From assembly GCA_963666975.2 (NCBI GenBank), contig CAXVYR010000002.1, forward strand, positions 378,244 to 442,243: a stretch of DNA of 64,000 bases. The letters run 5' to 3'. A model generated the notes under the pieces. It worked only from the letters and a program-made list of their open reading frames with translations, made no database searches and had not been told where the DNA came from. Made by a program: the position numbers and the translations under genes. This DNA is from Terriglobia bacterium (GTDB lineage: Bacteria > Acidobacteriota > Terriglobia > 2-12-FULL-54-10). How positions within the stretch are numbered: position 1 is the first letter of the stretch; the number at the start of each line of letters is the position of its first letter. Below are positions 47,701 to 55,026 of this stretch, in pieces.

Positions 47701-50668
47701 CCTCAATGACCTGAATCACATCACTGACAGCTCCGACCAGCCCGCCGACCGCGTCCATCCCTTCCACATTCCCGGTGGCATAGCTGGCGATGGTGTCGTT
47801 TAGAGTCTGGTGCCCAACCAAGCCACCGACCGCATCATTGCCGGACACATTGACGGCGGCGGAGCTGTACCATACCGAGCCCCAGGTCCGGCCCACGAGG
47901 CCGCCTACTTCATCCTCACCAGACACCTGGCCCGTGGCATGGTTGTCTATGACCGTCGCATAGACGCCGTCCCCCAGCAGGCTGCCCACCGCGTCGCGGC
48001 CGGTCACGTCGGCGCCGGCCAGGGTGACGCCACTAATTCTGCTGCTATCGACAGCCCCGAACAGACCGACCCCGTCCTCGGTGTCCCGGTCGATGAACAG
48101 GTTGGAAACTGTACGACGATTACCGTTGAAGTCTGCCGTAAAGGGTGCGTCGGCCTCACCGACCGGATCCCAGCCGGAGCCGCCGTTCCAGTAGTCGTCG
48201 TCTGAGTCGACATCTCCATCGTCGTCGGTGTCAAAATCCAGGTTCGCCGTCAGCTCGTAGCCCGTGCATCCGTCGCGCCGGCCGAGACGCGCGAGTTCTT
48301 CCGCATCGGGACACCCCATTCCCAGAGCTCCCATGGGGTAGGCGGTGTAATACGGCATCCACGTCGCGCCATCCACCAGACCATCGCCGTTCAGGTCGTA
48401 CCGCAGGGCGTCGAGCTGCGCCAGGCTAGCGACATCGATAAGACCGTCGTTATCGGCATCGTAGTCTCTGCTCCCCGCTGTGACTGTGATCGAGAAGGAG
48501 TCGGTGGCGCTCAGGCCGTCGGGGTCGATCGCGCGCAACCTCACCACGACACGGCCCGGCGAGCCTGGGGTGATCGTCACCTGTGCATTGCTCCGCGTGA
48601 TGGCCAGTCGGTCAGGGTCGCTCGACACCGCCTCATAGGTCAGCGTGTCGTCGTCCGGATCGTCGAAGACGTCCTCCAAATCGATGTTCACAGAGGCGGC
48701 ACCCGGGGCGTAAGTCCGGTCGGACACTGCGTTCTCCACGGTCGGCGCTCCATTGCGGTCCGCCACCGCGAGATCGACGGCATCCACGGCTCCCAGAGCC
48801 ATCACGATGCCGGCTCCGGAATCGCGATCGACGCCGGTCGTCTCGATGTCCAGAACCGCGGTCCCGGACGTCATCCCTGTACGGAGCTGCTCCAGGGTGA
48901 CCAGATCCGGACCACCTGCCGCCTCTAGCATCAAGGCCCCAATCGCCGCCGCGTGCGGCGCCGCCGCTGAGGTGCCGCAGAACGTAGAGAAGCCGGGCGT
49001 CGCCGTCGACACGCAGGTCGCTGCGGTGAGGTCCGGCTTCTGCAGTAACTTCCCGCCAGTCGAGGAAAAATTGCCTGCTGTGATCGCAGTACCGTCCGGT
49101 CGGAAGAAGATCCTGCGAGGACCGTCCGAATTGTTCGCGTGGACTGACTCAGTCCCGTTGAAGACGTTGCCGGACCCGGCGGCGGTGCGCACGTCGACCA
49201 TTGCCACACTGACCGCGTTCTCCGCCGCTGAGTGACCGTACAGGTTGCCGGCGGTCTGGATCTCCAACCTCCCGTCGAAGGCGTGCACGCGCAGGTACCG
49301 GTCCGATCCGGAGGCCTTGACGATGACCACACTGAGTCCGGAGAAGTCAAAAAACGATCGGATGGATTCGATCGGATCCTGTGTTCCGTCCTGGGTGTCC
49401 GTCGAGCTGGCGATCACCTCGCCGTCCTCATTGACCAGGAACAAGTCGTAATCGTTCGCTGAAGCCCCCAGCGGGTCAGCCCACTGAAGGACAATGGCGC
49501 TAACCCGGAAGCCACTCACCTCGTTCGCTTCCATCCCACTGCCGAAGTCGTGCCGGACGCCGAGCGTCTCGCCATCCACAATCAGCGAGGTTCCTGCAGC
49601 GTAGTCGCCCTCCCAGACCCCAGTAGTGCCATCGGTCAGATTGCCGTCGTTGCCACCCGCCGAGAAGAAGACACAGCCGTCGGCGACTGCTGCGTTGACC
49701 CCTTGCGCGACGATGTCGTCCTGGAAGGCTGCTTCATGCAAGTAGCCGATGTCGTCGACGATGACGTTCGCCCCGGCCTCGCAGAGCGCCTCGATGTTCA
49801 CCGCCATCTGTGCCTGACCGCCCTCGCCCGTCGCAAAGTAGAGCTCTGCCCCCGGCGCGAGATCGTGAACGATCTCGAGCAGCGCCGTCCCTTCGTCCCC
49901 CGCGCCCGCCTGTCCCGGCAGCACCGTCACCCGCGCCGGCAGGTCGCCCGAGGCCTGCCGGTCGGCAAGGGACCTGACACCATTTGAGATCACTCCGATC
50001 CCGATGCCGGTGCCGTCGACGCTATGGGTTGTGCGGGCCGAGTTCGCCCGATGGGCGACGACGCCCTCGGACGTGTTGTCTTTGCGGGTTACCGCCTCAT
50101 CGGCGGGCCGGATCGTCCGGATCGCATCCAACGCGGCGAGCATCTCCATAGCACGCAGCGGGAGTTGCGCCCGGATGGCCTGGTACTTCGGGACACTGCT
50201 GATGACCGTGCCACCCAGATCCCGGATACGCTTCAGAACGGTCGGCGTGACGTCGGTCCGGATGTCCACCATCACCCGTTCATTTTTGGCGTCCGGATCC
50301 GTGGCTTGGAGACGGGAGGTCCCGGCCGCCGCTGGCTTCTGTAACGGTGCCCGCAAGGCATCCTGAAGCTGAGAGTTCAGCTTCTGCTGGGCGGGCGTCC
50401 GCTGCTCGTCCAGAAGCTGTGAGTTCACCTTCCGCTGGGGGGGCGTTCGCTGTGCTTCCAGGAGCTGCGAACTCACCTTCCGCTGCGCCGCCGTCCGTTG
50501 CGCCTTCGCTGCCAGCAGTGCTTCGATCTGACGCACGGCCTGCGGCGGCGGTTGTTGCGCTCCGGCGGGCCCGGCCAGCAGCAGGATCGCTAGCACCGCC
50601 CCCAGCAGTCCCCAGAACGGGACGGCGCCAGTCCGTGCCATGATTCCTGCCGCACCGGGCCGTTTCAT
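35711..50668 (-). CDS. Giant (~4990 aa) secreted S8/S53-like protease-adhesin with GLUG, Fn3, cadherin-like, SwmB-like, Calx-beta-like, PKD and two C-terminal repeat domains
   Basis: Signal peptide LLLAGPAGAQ and protease motifs GIGVISNG, DEGTALLEIVHDLAPGA and FCGTSAAAPH. Three VGGLVG beta-helix blocks, APDYE cadherin motifs, LTLTYDEALD repeats and Fn3 domains follow. Start inferred at MKRPG. Confidence 0.9.
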   Translation of the reverse strand: MKRPGAAGIMARTGAVPFWGLLGAVLAILLLAGPAGAQQPPPQAVRQIEALLAAKAQRTAAQRKVSSQLLEAQRTPPQRKVNSQLLDEQRTPAQQKLNSQLQDALRAPLQKPAAAGTSRLQATDPDAKNERVMVDIRTDVTPTVLKRIRDLGGTVISSVPKYQAIRAQLPLRAMEMLAALDAIRTIRPADEAVTRKDNTSEGVVAHRANSARTTHSVDGTGIGIGVISNGVRSLADRQASGDLPARVTVLPGQAGAGDEGTALLEIVHDLAPGAELYFATGEGGQAQMAVNIEALCEAGANVIVDDIGYLHEAAFQDDIVAQGVNAAVADGCVFFSAGGNDGNLTDGTTGVWEGDYAAGTSLIVDGETLGVRHDFGSGMEANEVSGFRVSAIVLQWADPLGASANDYDLFLVNEDGEVIASSTDTQDGTQDPIESIRSFFDFSGLSVVIVKASGSDRYLRVHAFDGRLEIQTAGNLYGHSAAENAVSVAMVDVRTAAGSGNVFNGTESVHANNSDGPRRIFFRPDGTAITAGNFSSTGGKLLQKPDLTAATCVSTATPGFSTFCGTSAAAPHAAAIGALMLEAAGGPDLVTLEQLRTGMTSGTAVLDIETTGVDRDSGAGIVMALGAVDAVDLAVADRNGAPTVENAVSDRTYAPGAASVNIDLEDVFDDPDDDTLTYEAVSSDPDRLAITRSNAQVTITPGSPGRVVVRLRAIDPDGLSATDSFSITVTAGSRDYDADNDGLIDVASLAQLDALRYDLNGDGLVDGATWMPYYTAYPMGALGMGCPDAEELARLGRRDGCTGYELTANLDFDTDDDGDVDSDDDYWNGGSGWDPVGEADAPFTADFNGNRRTVSNLFIDRDTEDGVGLFGAVDSSRISGVTLAGADVTGRDAVGSLLGDGVYATVIDNHATGQVSGEDEVGGLVGRTWGSVWYSSAAVNVSGNDAVGGLVGHQTLNDTIASYATGNVEGMDAVGGLVGAVSDVIQVIEASYATGNVSGRGARLTDSDSGFIICDLVGGFTLSGPAETTTSTGGGVGGLVGSSCGVIRVSYATGAVSGDVAVGGLVGSGQYIRVRAGYWDLETSGVRVGVGEDDENDNGVIDGTESQRLGVGGKTTAELQTPTDYTGIYAAWNVDLNRSLFSNGVGDEPWDFGTTTQYPALSLDLNDDNRATWQEFGYQVRDSLTLTAATTANQAQVVLSWNAISTSSWSPAPDVSYTLYRDDGTTIEAIETNLTGITHTDTDVTISDPYTYWVAAVVDGGEAARSAPVSVIAGGANQPPVSVGIIADRQLTVGSMAVEVDVAAAFQDPESDTLTYGASSSLTSVATLSRSGSMLTITPGTAGRTIITVTATDAGGSNMSASQRFVVTVGNDYDADADGLIGISNLAQLDAIRHDLNGNGIVADDDAAAYTEAFPDAFDRLGCGIEGCSGYELLADLDFDTNGNGRADAGDTYWNAGEGWEPIAVPRGRIFGTALGAFQATFDGNGHALSNLFVARDDHSGVFGAIGRSGVVRDVRLTDVDVTGKQRVGGLAGENHGIVSRVQSAGQVSGEVHVGGLVGTNLGTITLARSSATVTGMVPPDFVRTSDLDRGTGGLVGYNGGAIRGSYAIGRVVGDSNVGGLVGWNFNDGFVGSIRSHASIVGSYATGSVAGQGSVGGLVGTNGVPGNAPFVLGEIHSSYATGRVSGPSRGVGGLVGYDSGDDSTIITASYWDTNTSGQTSGSFGIGKTTAQLKAPTGYSGIYRSWNVDVDDDGTNDAWHFGTGRQYPVLKANVDGQGAATWQEFGYQLRSGPTLMTPTVTPTMTAGQAQVDLTWTAVDVDAGSWTPPPHVTYTATRADGDTVETLAEDLGVLLYTDSTARTGATLTYQVAAVVDGGEPVRSATVVVNTAGNSPPLPVGTLSDRWLHAGDAAGVEVGKAFEDPEGDTLTYTAASSATGVATVSVSGSRVTITPVAAGTATITVTATDMDGSMASGTQTFTVTVRPSSATDYDADDDGLIEVTTLVRLNAIRHDLDGDGEPTADGATAYAAAFSTVGDRQACGGLTGCVGYELGADLDFDTNRNGRADSGDTYWNAGAGWEPIDADTSSSTPGVIVFRAGFRAIFEGNGHTIANLFIDRDSDDVGLFGRTSYGSVIRHVGLIDVEVSGSSDVGGLAGTDNNSSIIGSYVTGMVSGTGDNVGGLVGQTYGSSVVTSYAAVEVTGGNNVGGLIGENDTAVTASYATGWVAGDDNVGGLVGSNGITITASYATGPVTGQSNVGGLVGRNTRSFSSTGTVTASYWDTSTSGQTTGSGRTTAQLQAPTSYSGIYQRWNVDLDGDGVSDNPWDFGTADQYPALKTNFDGQGMASWQEFGRQLRKGPTLTTTVGAAQVVLAWTPVDASVWTPPPEVTYTLYRDNGTAVETVAADLDGRQHTDTGVITGVTYTYQVAAVVQGGEAVRSARVSVRAVMPTTSVVVLKLMPDSIGENGGVSTVTASLDRMSSAVTTVTVSAAAVHPTLSKDFMLSTNQTLTIPAGQLDSTGTVTVQAVNNNVYDPNKTVTVSAMATNMRGVTTPPAVTLAIRDDDPAPELTLEVGPSAIVEAGGNSTVTVRITNGVTFAEDQKIALAFAGTAAKGTDYTVGLEMLTLTAGQISAATTVTAMDDRVDDDNETILLTASYGGGTVGAEQTITITDDDASPVITTASLILVVENETAVATLAAADADLPAEDLTWRITGGDDRNKFRLTADGVLTFAAAPDYEEPDDSDGDGDYEVAVQVTDGFNPVEAVFTVRLQDVDDTAPVLSSTVVNGATLTLTYGEMLDGSSTPLASAFTVTGGDTSRTVTDVFLNGSAVLLTVDPAVEHGETGIRVSYTVPTGTGTSPLQDVLGNDVDRLSNVPVSNETPDTTSPTVSKLEITSDPGTDRTYAVDDEIQVTVTFSETVEVTGTPQLRLELGGGRRTADYEGGSGTAALVFAYKVADGESDTDGMGIEADSLSGGSIRDEARNNAELDHDELAADSGHKVDGVRPRLAASGGAVVDGTRLTLTYDEALDGGSRPVSGDFTVSGGDRVRAVTGVRVNGSAVELTLDVGAEHGEAGIQVSYTPGANPIQDVPGNDAEAVSREPVTNDTPDTTSPEVSNLAISSNPGSDQIYAARDGIEVTVTFDETVVVTRTPRMRLRVGSRNRTAGYLRGSGAAALVFSYEVALGDEDTDGVSIAAGRIDRNGGTIKDEADNDAVLDHEAVAPQAGHKVDGVRPAFLSAAVDGSSLTLTYGEALDGGSRPAPGDFTVEVGGTGRSVSAVSVSGSVVTLTLDPAVEHGDTGIRVNYSPGTRPIRDAVGNDALALSNRSVTNTTGAPPSVTLQLMPTSISENGGSATVTARLSHTSGETTTVTVSATAVTPAVSGDFTLSMNKTLTIGAGQAASTGTVTITANNNGVDAPNKTVMVTGTATNSEGVTGPSDETLTITDDDATPVITTAALIPVAENETVVATLLATDEDDRTEDLVWDITGGNDRSHFTLMAGGRLAFTAAKDYEEPDDSNGDGDYEVTVQVSDGFNAVEVAFTVRLQDVDDTAPTVSRVAITSDPGTDRTYAVDDEIQVTVTFSETVEVTGTPQLRLELGGGRRTADYEGGSGTAALVFAYKVADGESDTDGMGIEADSLSGGTIRDEARNNAELDHDGLAADSGHKVDGVRPRLDASGGAVVDGTRLTLTYDEALDGGSRPVSGDFTVSGGDRVRTVTGVRVNGSAVELTLDVGAEHGEAGIQVSYTPGANPIQDVPGNDAEALSREPVTNDTPDTTSPTVSSLAITSNPGGDQIYAAEDEIEVTVTFDETVVVTRTPRMRLRVGSRNRTAGYLRGSGAAALVFSYEVALGDEDTDGVSIAAGRIDRNGGTIKDEADNDAVLDHEAVAPQAGHKVDGVRPAFLSAAVDGSSLTLTYGEALDGGSRPGTGDFTVEVGGTGRSVSAVSVSGSVVTLTLDPAAEHGDTGIRVNYSPGTRPIRDAVGNDALGLSSQSVTNTTGAPNTAPEITSPSSFDVPENQALVRRLEARDIDPGDEVTGWEIVGGADRFQFSVAPDTGELRFRTAPDFEAPGDNEYEVTVEVRSGAGARELEAEQTFTVRVTDEREPPGIPEAPTFSGETAESMTVNWREPDNTGPAITDYDVRYREKGTGRFTDGGHEGPGLTVMIEDLKPGTVYEVQVRATNDEGTSDWSESGEGMTVTPLTVEITSGTEPPVEGPFTVRFSFSETVRGFTQAAIESGQNPACSDDQNNPVFCDPGIGRLDTVDDRVFTTTVTPRTDRVAHNYTLKLTMSGGAVRSSVENKPNEEGTLEVRVAPPGVTVPISSLGLTASAGNAGVRLNWNRPTEDGGSAIIRYEYRFAAAGEDFSAWENVRAGTRRVTVGGLINGREYVFEVRAVNALGKGETETMSATPDIVAPPPPPPPPPPPPPPRPPANNRPMADAGPDQTGVREGALVSLDGSGSSDPDDDPLRYRWNQLSGEPVVLSSQNVVNPTFTAPQGLTADAVLSFRLLVTDPEGLFASDTVTITVEQGTSPPGDQIYYFPHLAVGAGWQTTITYINYSPQEVSCQTDFLSDQGTPLMVSFADQGTVVSRTDTLPPGGSVHQETNVGLSAPLAPGWARATCSGPVKASLLFRGYNSEGMPVAEAGVNAATVPATRFVTFAEQGEGKDGTGVAYANPSATTALVTFTARDADGEVLASDDLMLSPNGHGALNMAPLFGLPSFTGSIEVTSTAPIVSLSLNFEAAPVFSSLPPGELDAAAQGSTTYYFPHLAVGAGWQTTITYINYSPQEVSCQTEFLSDQGSPLMVSFTDRGTVINRPDVLPPGGSVHQETNVDLSAPLAPGWARATCSGPVKASLLFRQHNSEGLPVAEAGVNAATVPATRFVTFAEQGEGQFGTGVAYANPTATAAMLTFTAKDEDGETLASVVRTLLPGGHDAQNMAPLFGLPSFTGSIEITSTEPIVSLSLNFEAAPVFSSLPPGELEAAAQ
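38675..41993. repeat. Near-identical ~1.3-kb direct repeats (38675-39995 and 40673-41993, period 1998 bp) inside the giant gene
   Basis: ggatccgaggtgatc occurs at 39981 and 41979; the protein block TSDPGTDRTYAVDDEIQV...SVTNTTGAP appears twice. Confidence 0.92.
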
Positions 50669-51363
50669 AATCTCTCGGCAGTCTGGAACATATAGCTGGC
50701 CCTGTTTAGGTCCAGATCGAGAGTGAGGAATGGGTGAAACGCTATCCGCCGTTGTGGCTGTGAGAGGAAAAGCGGGAAAGCCAAGCGAATGGGGTTGTAG
50801 TGGATTTTCCAGGCTTCGATACGGAGCCGGGCAGCGGCAAGATCGATGAACGAGTGCTGGTTCGGACACGCATCGTGGAACTTGCCGTTGAATCTCGCTA
50901 CCCATGTGTTCTGAAGCGACTTCCCGTACGGGCCGGCGGTTGCCCTACACTTGGCGGGCTGCGAGCCTATGCCGCCTAGTGGGGGACATTACCCTCGGAC
51001 GTGTTGACCGTGCGGGTCCCCGCGGCATCCGGCGCGTCCGTCCGGTTCTGAAGCACAATCCATTTCGGTCTTCCCACTCTCTGCCGTCCCGGCCTGCGCC
51101 GGGACCGGACCGCACGCTTCCGGCCGCCGAGGCCACCGGAATCCTCCACGCGACCTGCCCGGCTTCCACCACCGGTCCGCACACAAACTTCCCTTGCAAT
51201 TGTATACAATATTGTGTTACTATCTCGTCCTTTCTTTGGTAGTTGCGCGAATAGTACGCGAATACAACTCAAATTACAGAAGCAGGACCGGATCGCACCG
51301 CTCCGGCTGCGGTTCGGCGCCGAATCACCAGCCGGCGGGCGTCGGGCGGAAGGAGGAGAACGG

Positions 51364-53193
51364 ATGACCGATCACGACCGGACGGCGGCCGAGAACGCGG
51401 CGCTGCGCGCCCGCATCTCCGCGCTCAGCGCGGCGAGCCTGCGCATCAGCGCCAGCCTCGACCTCGAGACCGTGCTGAACGAGGTCGTCGAGAGCGCCCG
51501 GGCGCTCACCGGCGCGCGCTACGGTGCCATCGCCACCATCGACGAGGACGGCGCTCCCCAGGACTTCGTCACCTCGGGCTTCACCGCGGAGGAGCACCGG
51601 AACATGGTGGAATGGCCCGACGGGCCGCGGCTGTTCGAGTATTTCCGCGACCTGCCGGGACCGCTGCGCATCCCCGACGTACCCGCCTATATCCGCTCGC
51701 TCGGCTTCTCGCCCGACCGGCTGCCCTCGAAGACCTTCCAGGGCACCCCGATGCGCCACCGGGGCGTCCATGTCGGTAACTTCTACCTGGTCGAGAAGGC
51801 GGGCGGGGAGGCGTTCACGGACGAGGACGAGGAGCTCCTGGTGCTGTTCGCCGCGCAGGCCGCGACGGCGATCGCCAACGCGCGCACCTACCGCGCTGAG
51901 CGGCGCGCCCGCGCCGACCTGGAGGCGCTGATCGAGACCTCACCGGTCGGCGTCGTCGTGTTCGATGCGCGGACCGGCGACCTGGTCTCGCTCAACCGCG
52001 AGGCCACACGCATCGTCAAGAGCCTGTGCGGCCCCGGCCAGTCCGCCGAGCAACTGCTCGGGGTCATCACCTGCCGGCGCGCCGACGGGCGCGAGATCGC
52101 GCTCGACCAGCTGCCGCTGGCGCGGCTGCTGGACAGCGCCGAGACGGTGCGGGCCGAGGAGATCGTGCTCTCAGTCCCGGACGGGCGCAGCGTCACGACG
52201 CTCATCAACGCCACCCCGATCCACGGCCCGGACGGCCCTGATGAAGCGCTCGCCTCAGTGGTGGTCACCATGCAGGACCTGGAGCCGCTTCGGGAGCTGG
52301 AGCGCATGCGTGCCGAGTTCCTGGGCATGGTGAGCCACGAGCTGCGCGCGCCGCTGACCTCGATCAAGGGCTCGGCCGCCACGGTGCTCCGGGCCTCGCG
52401 CATCTTCGGTCCGGCCGAGGTGGCGCAGTTCTTCCGCATCATCGACGAGCAGGCCGACCGCATGGACAGCCTGATCGGCGACCTGCTCGACGCCGGACGC
52501 ATCGACGCCGGCACGCTGTCGGTCGCGTCCGAGCCCTCGGAGGTTGCGGCGCTGGTGGACCAGGCCCGCGGCACGTTCATCAGCGGCGGCGGGCGGCACA
52601 CCGTCCGCATCGACCTGCCGCCCGACCTGCCCCGGGTAATGGCCGACCGGCAGCGCCTGGTGCAGGTGCTCAACAACCTGCTCGCCAACGCTGCGCGCCA
52701 CTCTCCGGAATCCGCCCCCATCCGGATCGCGGCGGAGCGCGAGGGGCTGCATGTGGCGGTCTCGGTCTCCGACGAGGGCCGGGGTATCGCGCCGGACCAT
52801 CTCGGTCAGCTGTTCCGCAAGTACACCGCCGCCGGGGACAGGGAGGGCGGCATCGGCGGCGGGCTGGGACTTGCCATCTGCAAGGGCCTGGTCGAGGCCC
52901 ATGGCGGGCGCATCCGGGCCGAGAGCGGCGGCGGCGGCCTCGGCGCGCGCTTTACCTTCACGATCCCGGTGGCCGAGGCGTCCGGCGCCGCTCCCGCTCC
53001 GGGCCGCCCCGACGCCCGGGCGAAGCACCGGAAGCGGTGCCCATCCTGGTGGTCGACGACGACCCGGAGACGCTGCGCCATGTCCGCAACACGCTGGCGG
53101 AAGCGGGCTACTCCCCACTGGTCACCGGCGACCCCGGGGATCTGCAGCGCCTCATCCAGACCGAGAAGCCCCGGCTGGTCCTGCTCGACCTGA
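51364..53193 (+). CDS. GAF-PAS histidine kinase; probably one hybrid gene with the downstream regulator, split by a -1 frameshift near 53023
   Basis: GGAG RBS, GAF domain, MVSHELRAPLTSIKG H-box, NLLANA N-box, DEGRGI and GLGLAICK G-boxes. Confidence 0.9.
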   Translation: MTDHDRTAAENAALRARISALSAASLRISASLDLETVLNEVVESARALTGARYGAIATIDEDGAPQDFVTSGFTAEEHRNMVEWPDGPRLFEYFRDLPGPLRIPDVPAYIRSLGFSPDRLPSKTFQGTPMRHRGVHVGNFYLVEKAGGEAFTDEDEELLVLFAAQAATAIANARTYRAERRARADLEALIETSPVGVVVFDARTGDLVSLNREATRIVKSLCGPGQSAEQLLGVITCRRADGREIALDQLPLARLLDSAETVRAEEIVLSVPDGRSVTTLINATPIHGPDGPDEALASVVVTMQDLEPLRELERMRAEFLGMVSHELRAPLTSIKGSAATVLRASRIFGPAEVAQFFRIIDEQADRMDSLIGDLLDAGRIDAGTLSVASEPSEVAALVDQARGTFISGGGRHTVRIDLPPDLPRVMADRQRLVQVLNNLLANAARHSPESAPIRIAAEREGLHVAVSVSDEGRGIAPDHLGQLFRKYTAAGDREGGIGGGLGLAICKGLVEAHGGRIRAESGGGGLGARFTFTIPVAEASGAAPAPGRPDARAKHRKRCPSWWSTTTRRRCAMSATRWRKRATPHWSPATPGICSASSRPRSPGWSCST

Positions 53194-53711
53194 TGCTGCC
53201 CGGGACCGACGGCGTCGAGCTGATGCAGACCGTTCCGGAGCTCGCCGACCTGCCGGTCATCTTCATCTCGGGCTACGGGCGCGACGAGACCATCGCGCGG
53301 GCCCTGGAGGCCGGCGCCGACGACTATGTCGTCAAGCCGTTCTCGCCGACCGAACTCATGGCGCGCATCCGGGCGGCCCTGCGCCGGCGGTCCAACCAGG
53401 CCCCCTTCGTACTCGGCGAGCTCGCCATCGACTACGACCGGCGCCGGGTCAGCGTGGCCGGGCGCCCGGTGACGCTGACGGCGACCGAGTACGAGCTGCT
53501 GCGCGTCCTCGCCCAGGGCGCCGGCCGTGTCCTGACTCACCAGGCCCTGCTGCGCCAGGTCTGGGCCGGACGCGTCACCGCCAACCCCAAGATCGTGCGC
53601 GCCTACGTCAAGCGGCTGCGCAACAAGCTCGGCGACGACGCCGCCCGCCCGGCCTGGATATTCAACGAGCGCGGGGTTGGCTACCGCATGGCCCGGCCCG
53701 GCGAGGCCTAG
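53037..53711 (+). CDS. OmpR/KdpE-family response regulator (REC + winged helix)
   Basis: ILVVDDD, LLDLMLPG, ADDYVVKPF, LTATEYELL and ERGVGYR. Confidence 0.92.
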   Translation: MPILVVDDDPETLRHVRNTLAEAGYSPLVTGDPGDLQRLIQTEKPRLVLLDLMLPGTDGVELMQTVPELADLPVIFISGYGRDETIARALEAGADDYVVKPFSPTELMARIRAALRRRSNQAPFVLGELAIDYDRRRVSVAGRPVTLTATEYELLRVLAQGAGRVLTHQALLRQVWAGRVTANPKIVRAYVKRLRNKLGDDAARPAWIFNERGVGYRMARPGEA

Positions 53712-54255
53712 CGGCCCCGTCCTACCGAGCGGCAGGACGCAGCCTCCGCCTCCTCAATGCGCTTCAGGAGGGCCTAGACACGGGCACCGCAGCGGCAGCG
53801 AAAGGAGTACCGAACGGGGCAGTAGTGCTAAACCGTTGCTTCGCGGCCATGCTTTATCTCTGCCAGGAAGGTCAAAAAGGGAATCCTGCTTAAAACAGAT
53901 TCGAAATCCATACGGTGGCTTTGGTGCGTTAAGAAATCCATCGAAACGGCAGCCATCCGCGCCTCTGGCAGCGGAGGTTCGGGGGGAAGCGTGATATCAC
54001 CAGCAACAGATCCCAACACCATCGAACTCAATCATCGGATGTGCCGGGCGAAGTCAGGTGTCAAGGGCGGAGTAAAACTAGACCACCAGGGCGGAGCAAA
54101 ACCAGACCATTATGGGAACGGGGAAGGGTTTGTTTTGTTGGATCTGCGGGGGTGGCTGGAGCGGAGGCCTGCGCCGCCGTTAGGCGGCGCGTTTAGGCCG
54201 GAGTGGAAGGCGCCCCTGCAGATCGTGGCAACGTGCAGGCAGGGGAAGAGCGGAA

Positions 54256-55026
54256 CTACGTTCGGCGGGCAGGCTTCGTGGGGCGCTTCCGCTTGCTTTC
54301 CTTGAGCCGGTAGCTTTCGCCGTTCATCTCCAGGATGTGGACGTGATGGGTCAAGCGATCCAGTAGGGCGCCGGTCAGGCGCTCGGAGCCCAGCACCTCG
54401 GTCCATTCGTTGAAGGGCAGATTGCTGGTGACCATCGTGGCGCCGCGCTCGTAGCGAAGACTGAAGATCTCGAACAACATCTCGGCTCCCGTTTTCGACA
54501 GCGGGACAAACCCCAGCTCATCGATAATCAGTAGCGGATAACTGGCCAGCAGCTTCTGGAAGCGCAGCAGTCGCTTCTCGTCCTTGGCTTCCATCAGTTC
54601 GTGCACCAAGGACGCCGCCGTGGTGAACCGCACCCGGTAGCCCTTCTGGCAGGCCGCCAATCCCAGTGCCAGCGCGATGTGCGTCTTGCCCGTGCCGGAG
54701 TTGCCCAACGCCAGCACGTTCTCCTTGCGGTCGATAAACTCCCCGCGGGCCAGTTCCAGCACCAGCGCCTTGTTCAACGACGGAATCGCCAGGAAGTCGA
54801 AACTGTCCAGGCTCTTCACTACGCGGAAGCGGGCCTGTCGGATGCGCCGCTCGGTCGCCCGCCGCTCCCGGTCCAGCAGTTCCTGCTCCGACAGCCGCAG
54901 CAAGTAACGGGGATAATCCACCCCTTCGGCGGCACACTGCTGCGCCACTTTGTCGTACTCCCGCAGGAAGGTCGGCAATCGCAATGCTTTCAGATGATGT
55001 TCCAACAGAACCTGCGGAGTCTCCAT
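54256..55026 (-). CDS. istB: IS21 helper AAA+ ATPase
   Basis: GNSGTGKTH, LLIIDELGF, TSNLPF and LLDRLTHH. Confidence 0.95.
   Translation of the reverse strand: METPQVLLEHHLKALRLPTFLREYDKVAQQCAAEGVDYPRYLLRLSEQELLDRERRATERRIRQARFRVVKSLDSFDFLAIPSLNKALVLELARGEFIDRKENVLALGNSGTGKTHIALALGLAACQKGYRVRFTTAASLVHELMEAKDEKRLLRFQKLLASYPLLIIDELGFVPLSKTGAEMLFEIFSLRYERGATMVTSNLPFNEWTEVLGSERLTGALLDRLTHHVHILEMNGESYRLKESKRKRPTKPARRT

Larger units (their letters stand above)
11876..53711. mobile_element. Integrative conjugative element / genomic island adjoining tRNA-Val (right boundary uncertain)
   Basis: Integrase and Xis next to a tRNA, a co-oriented VirB/VirD4 cluster, a relaxase-like nuclease, ArdC and cargo genes. 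No second att copy was found in the window. Confidence 0.8.

Noticed and set aside
53711-54058. Short ORFs between the regulator and IS21
   Set aside because: No recognisable motifs or RBS; could not be interpreted.
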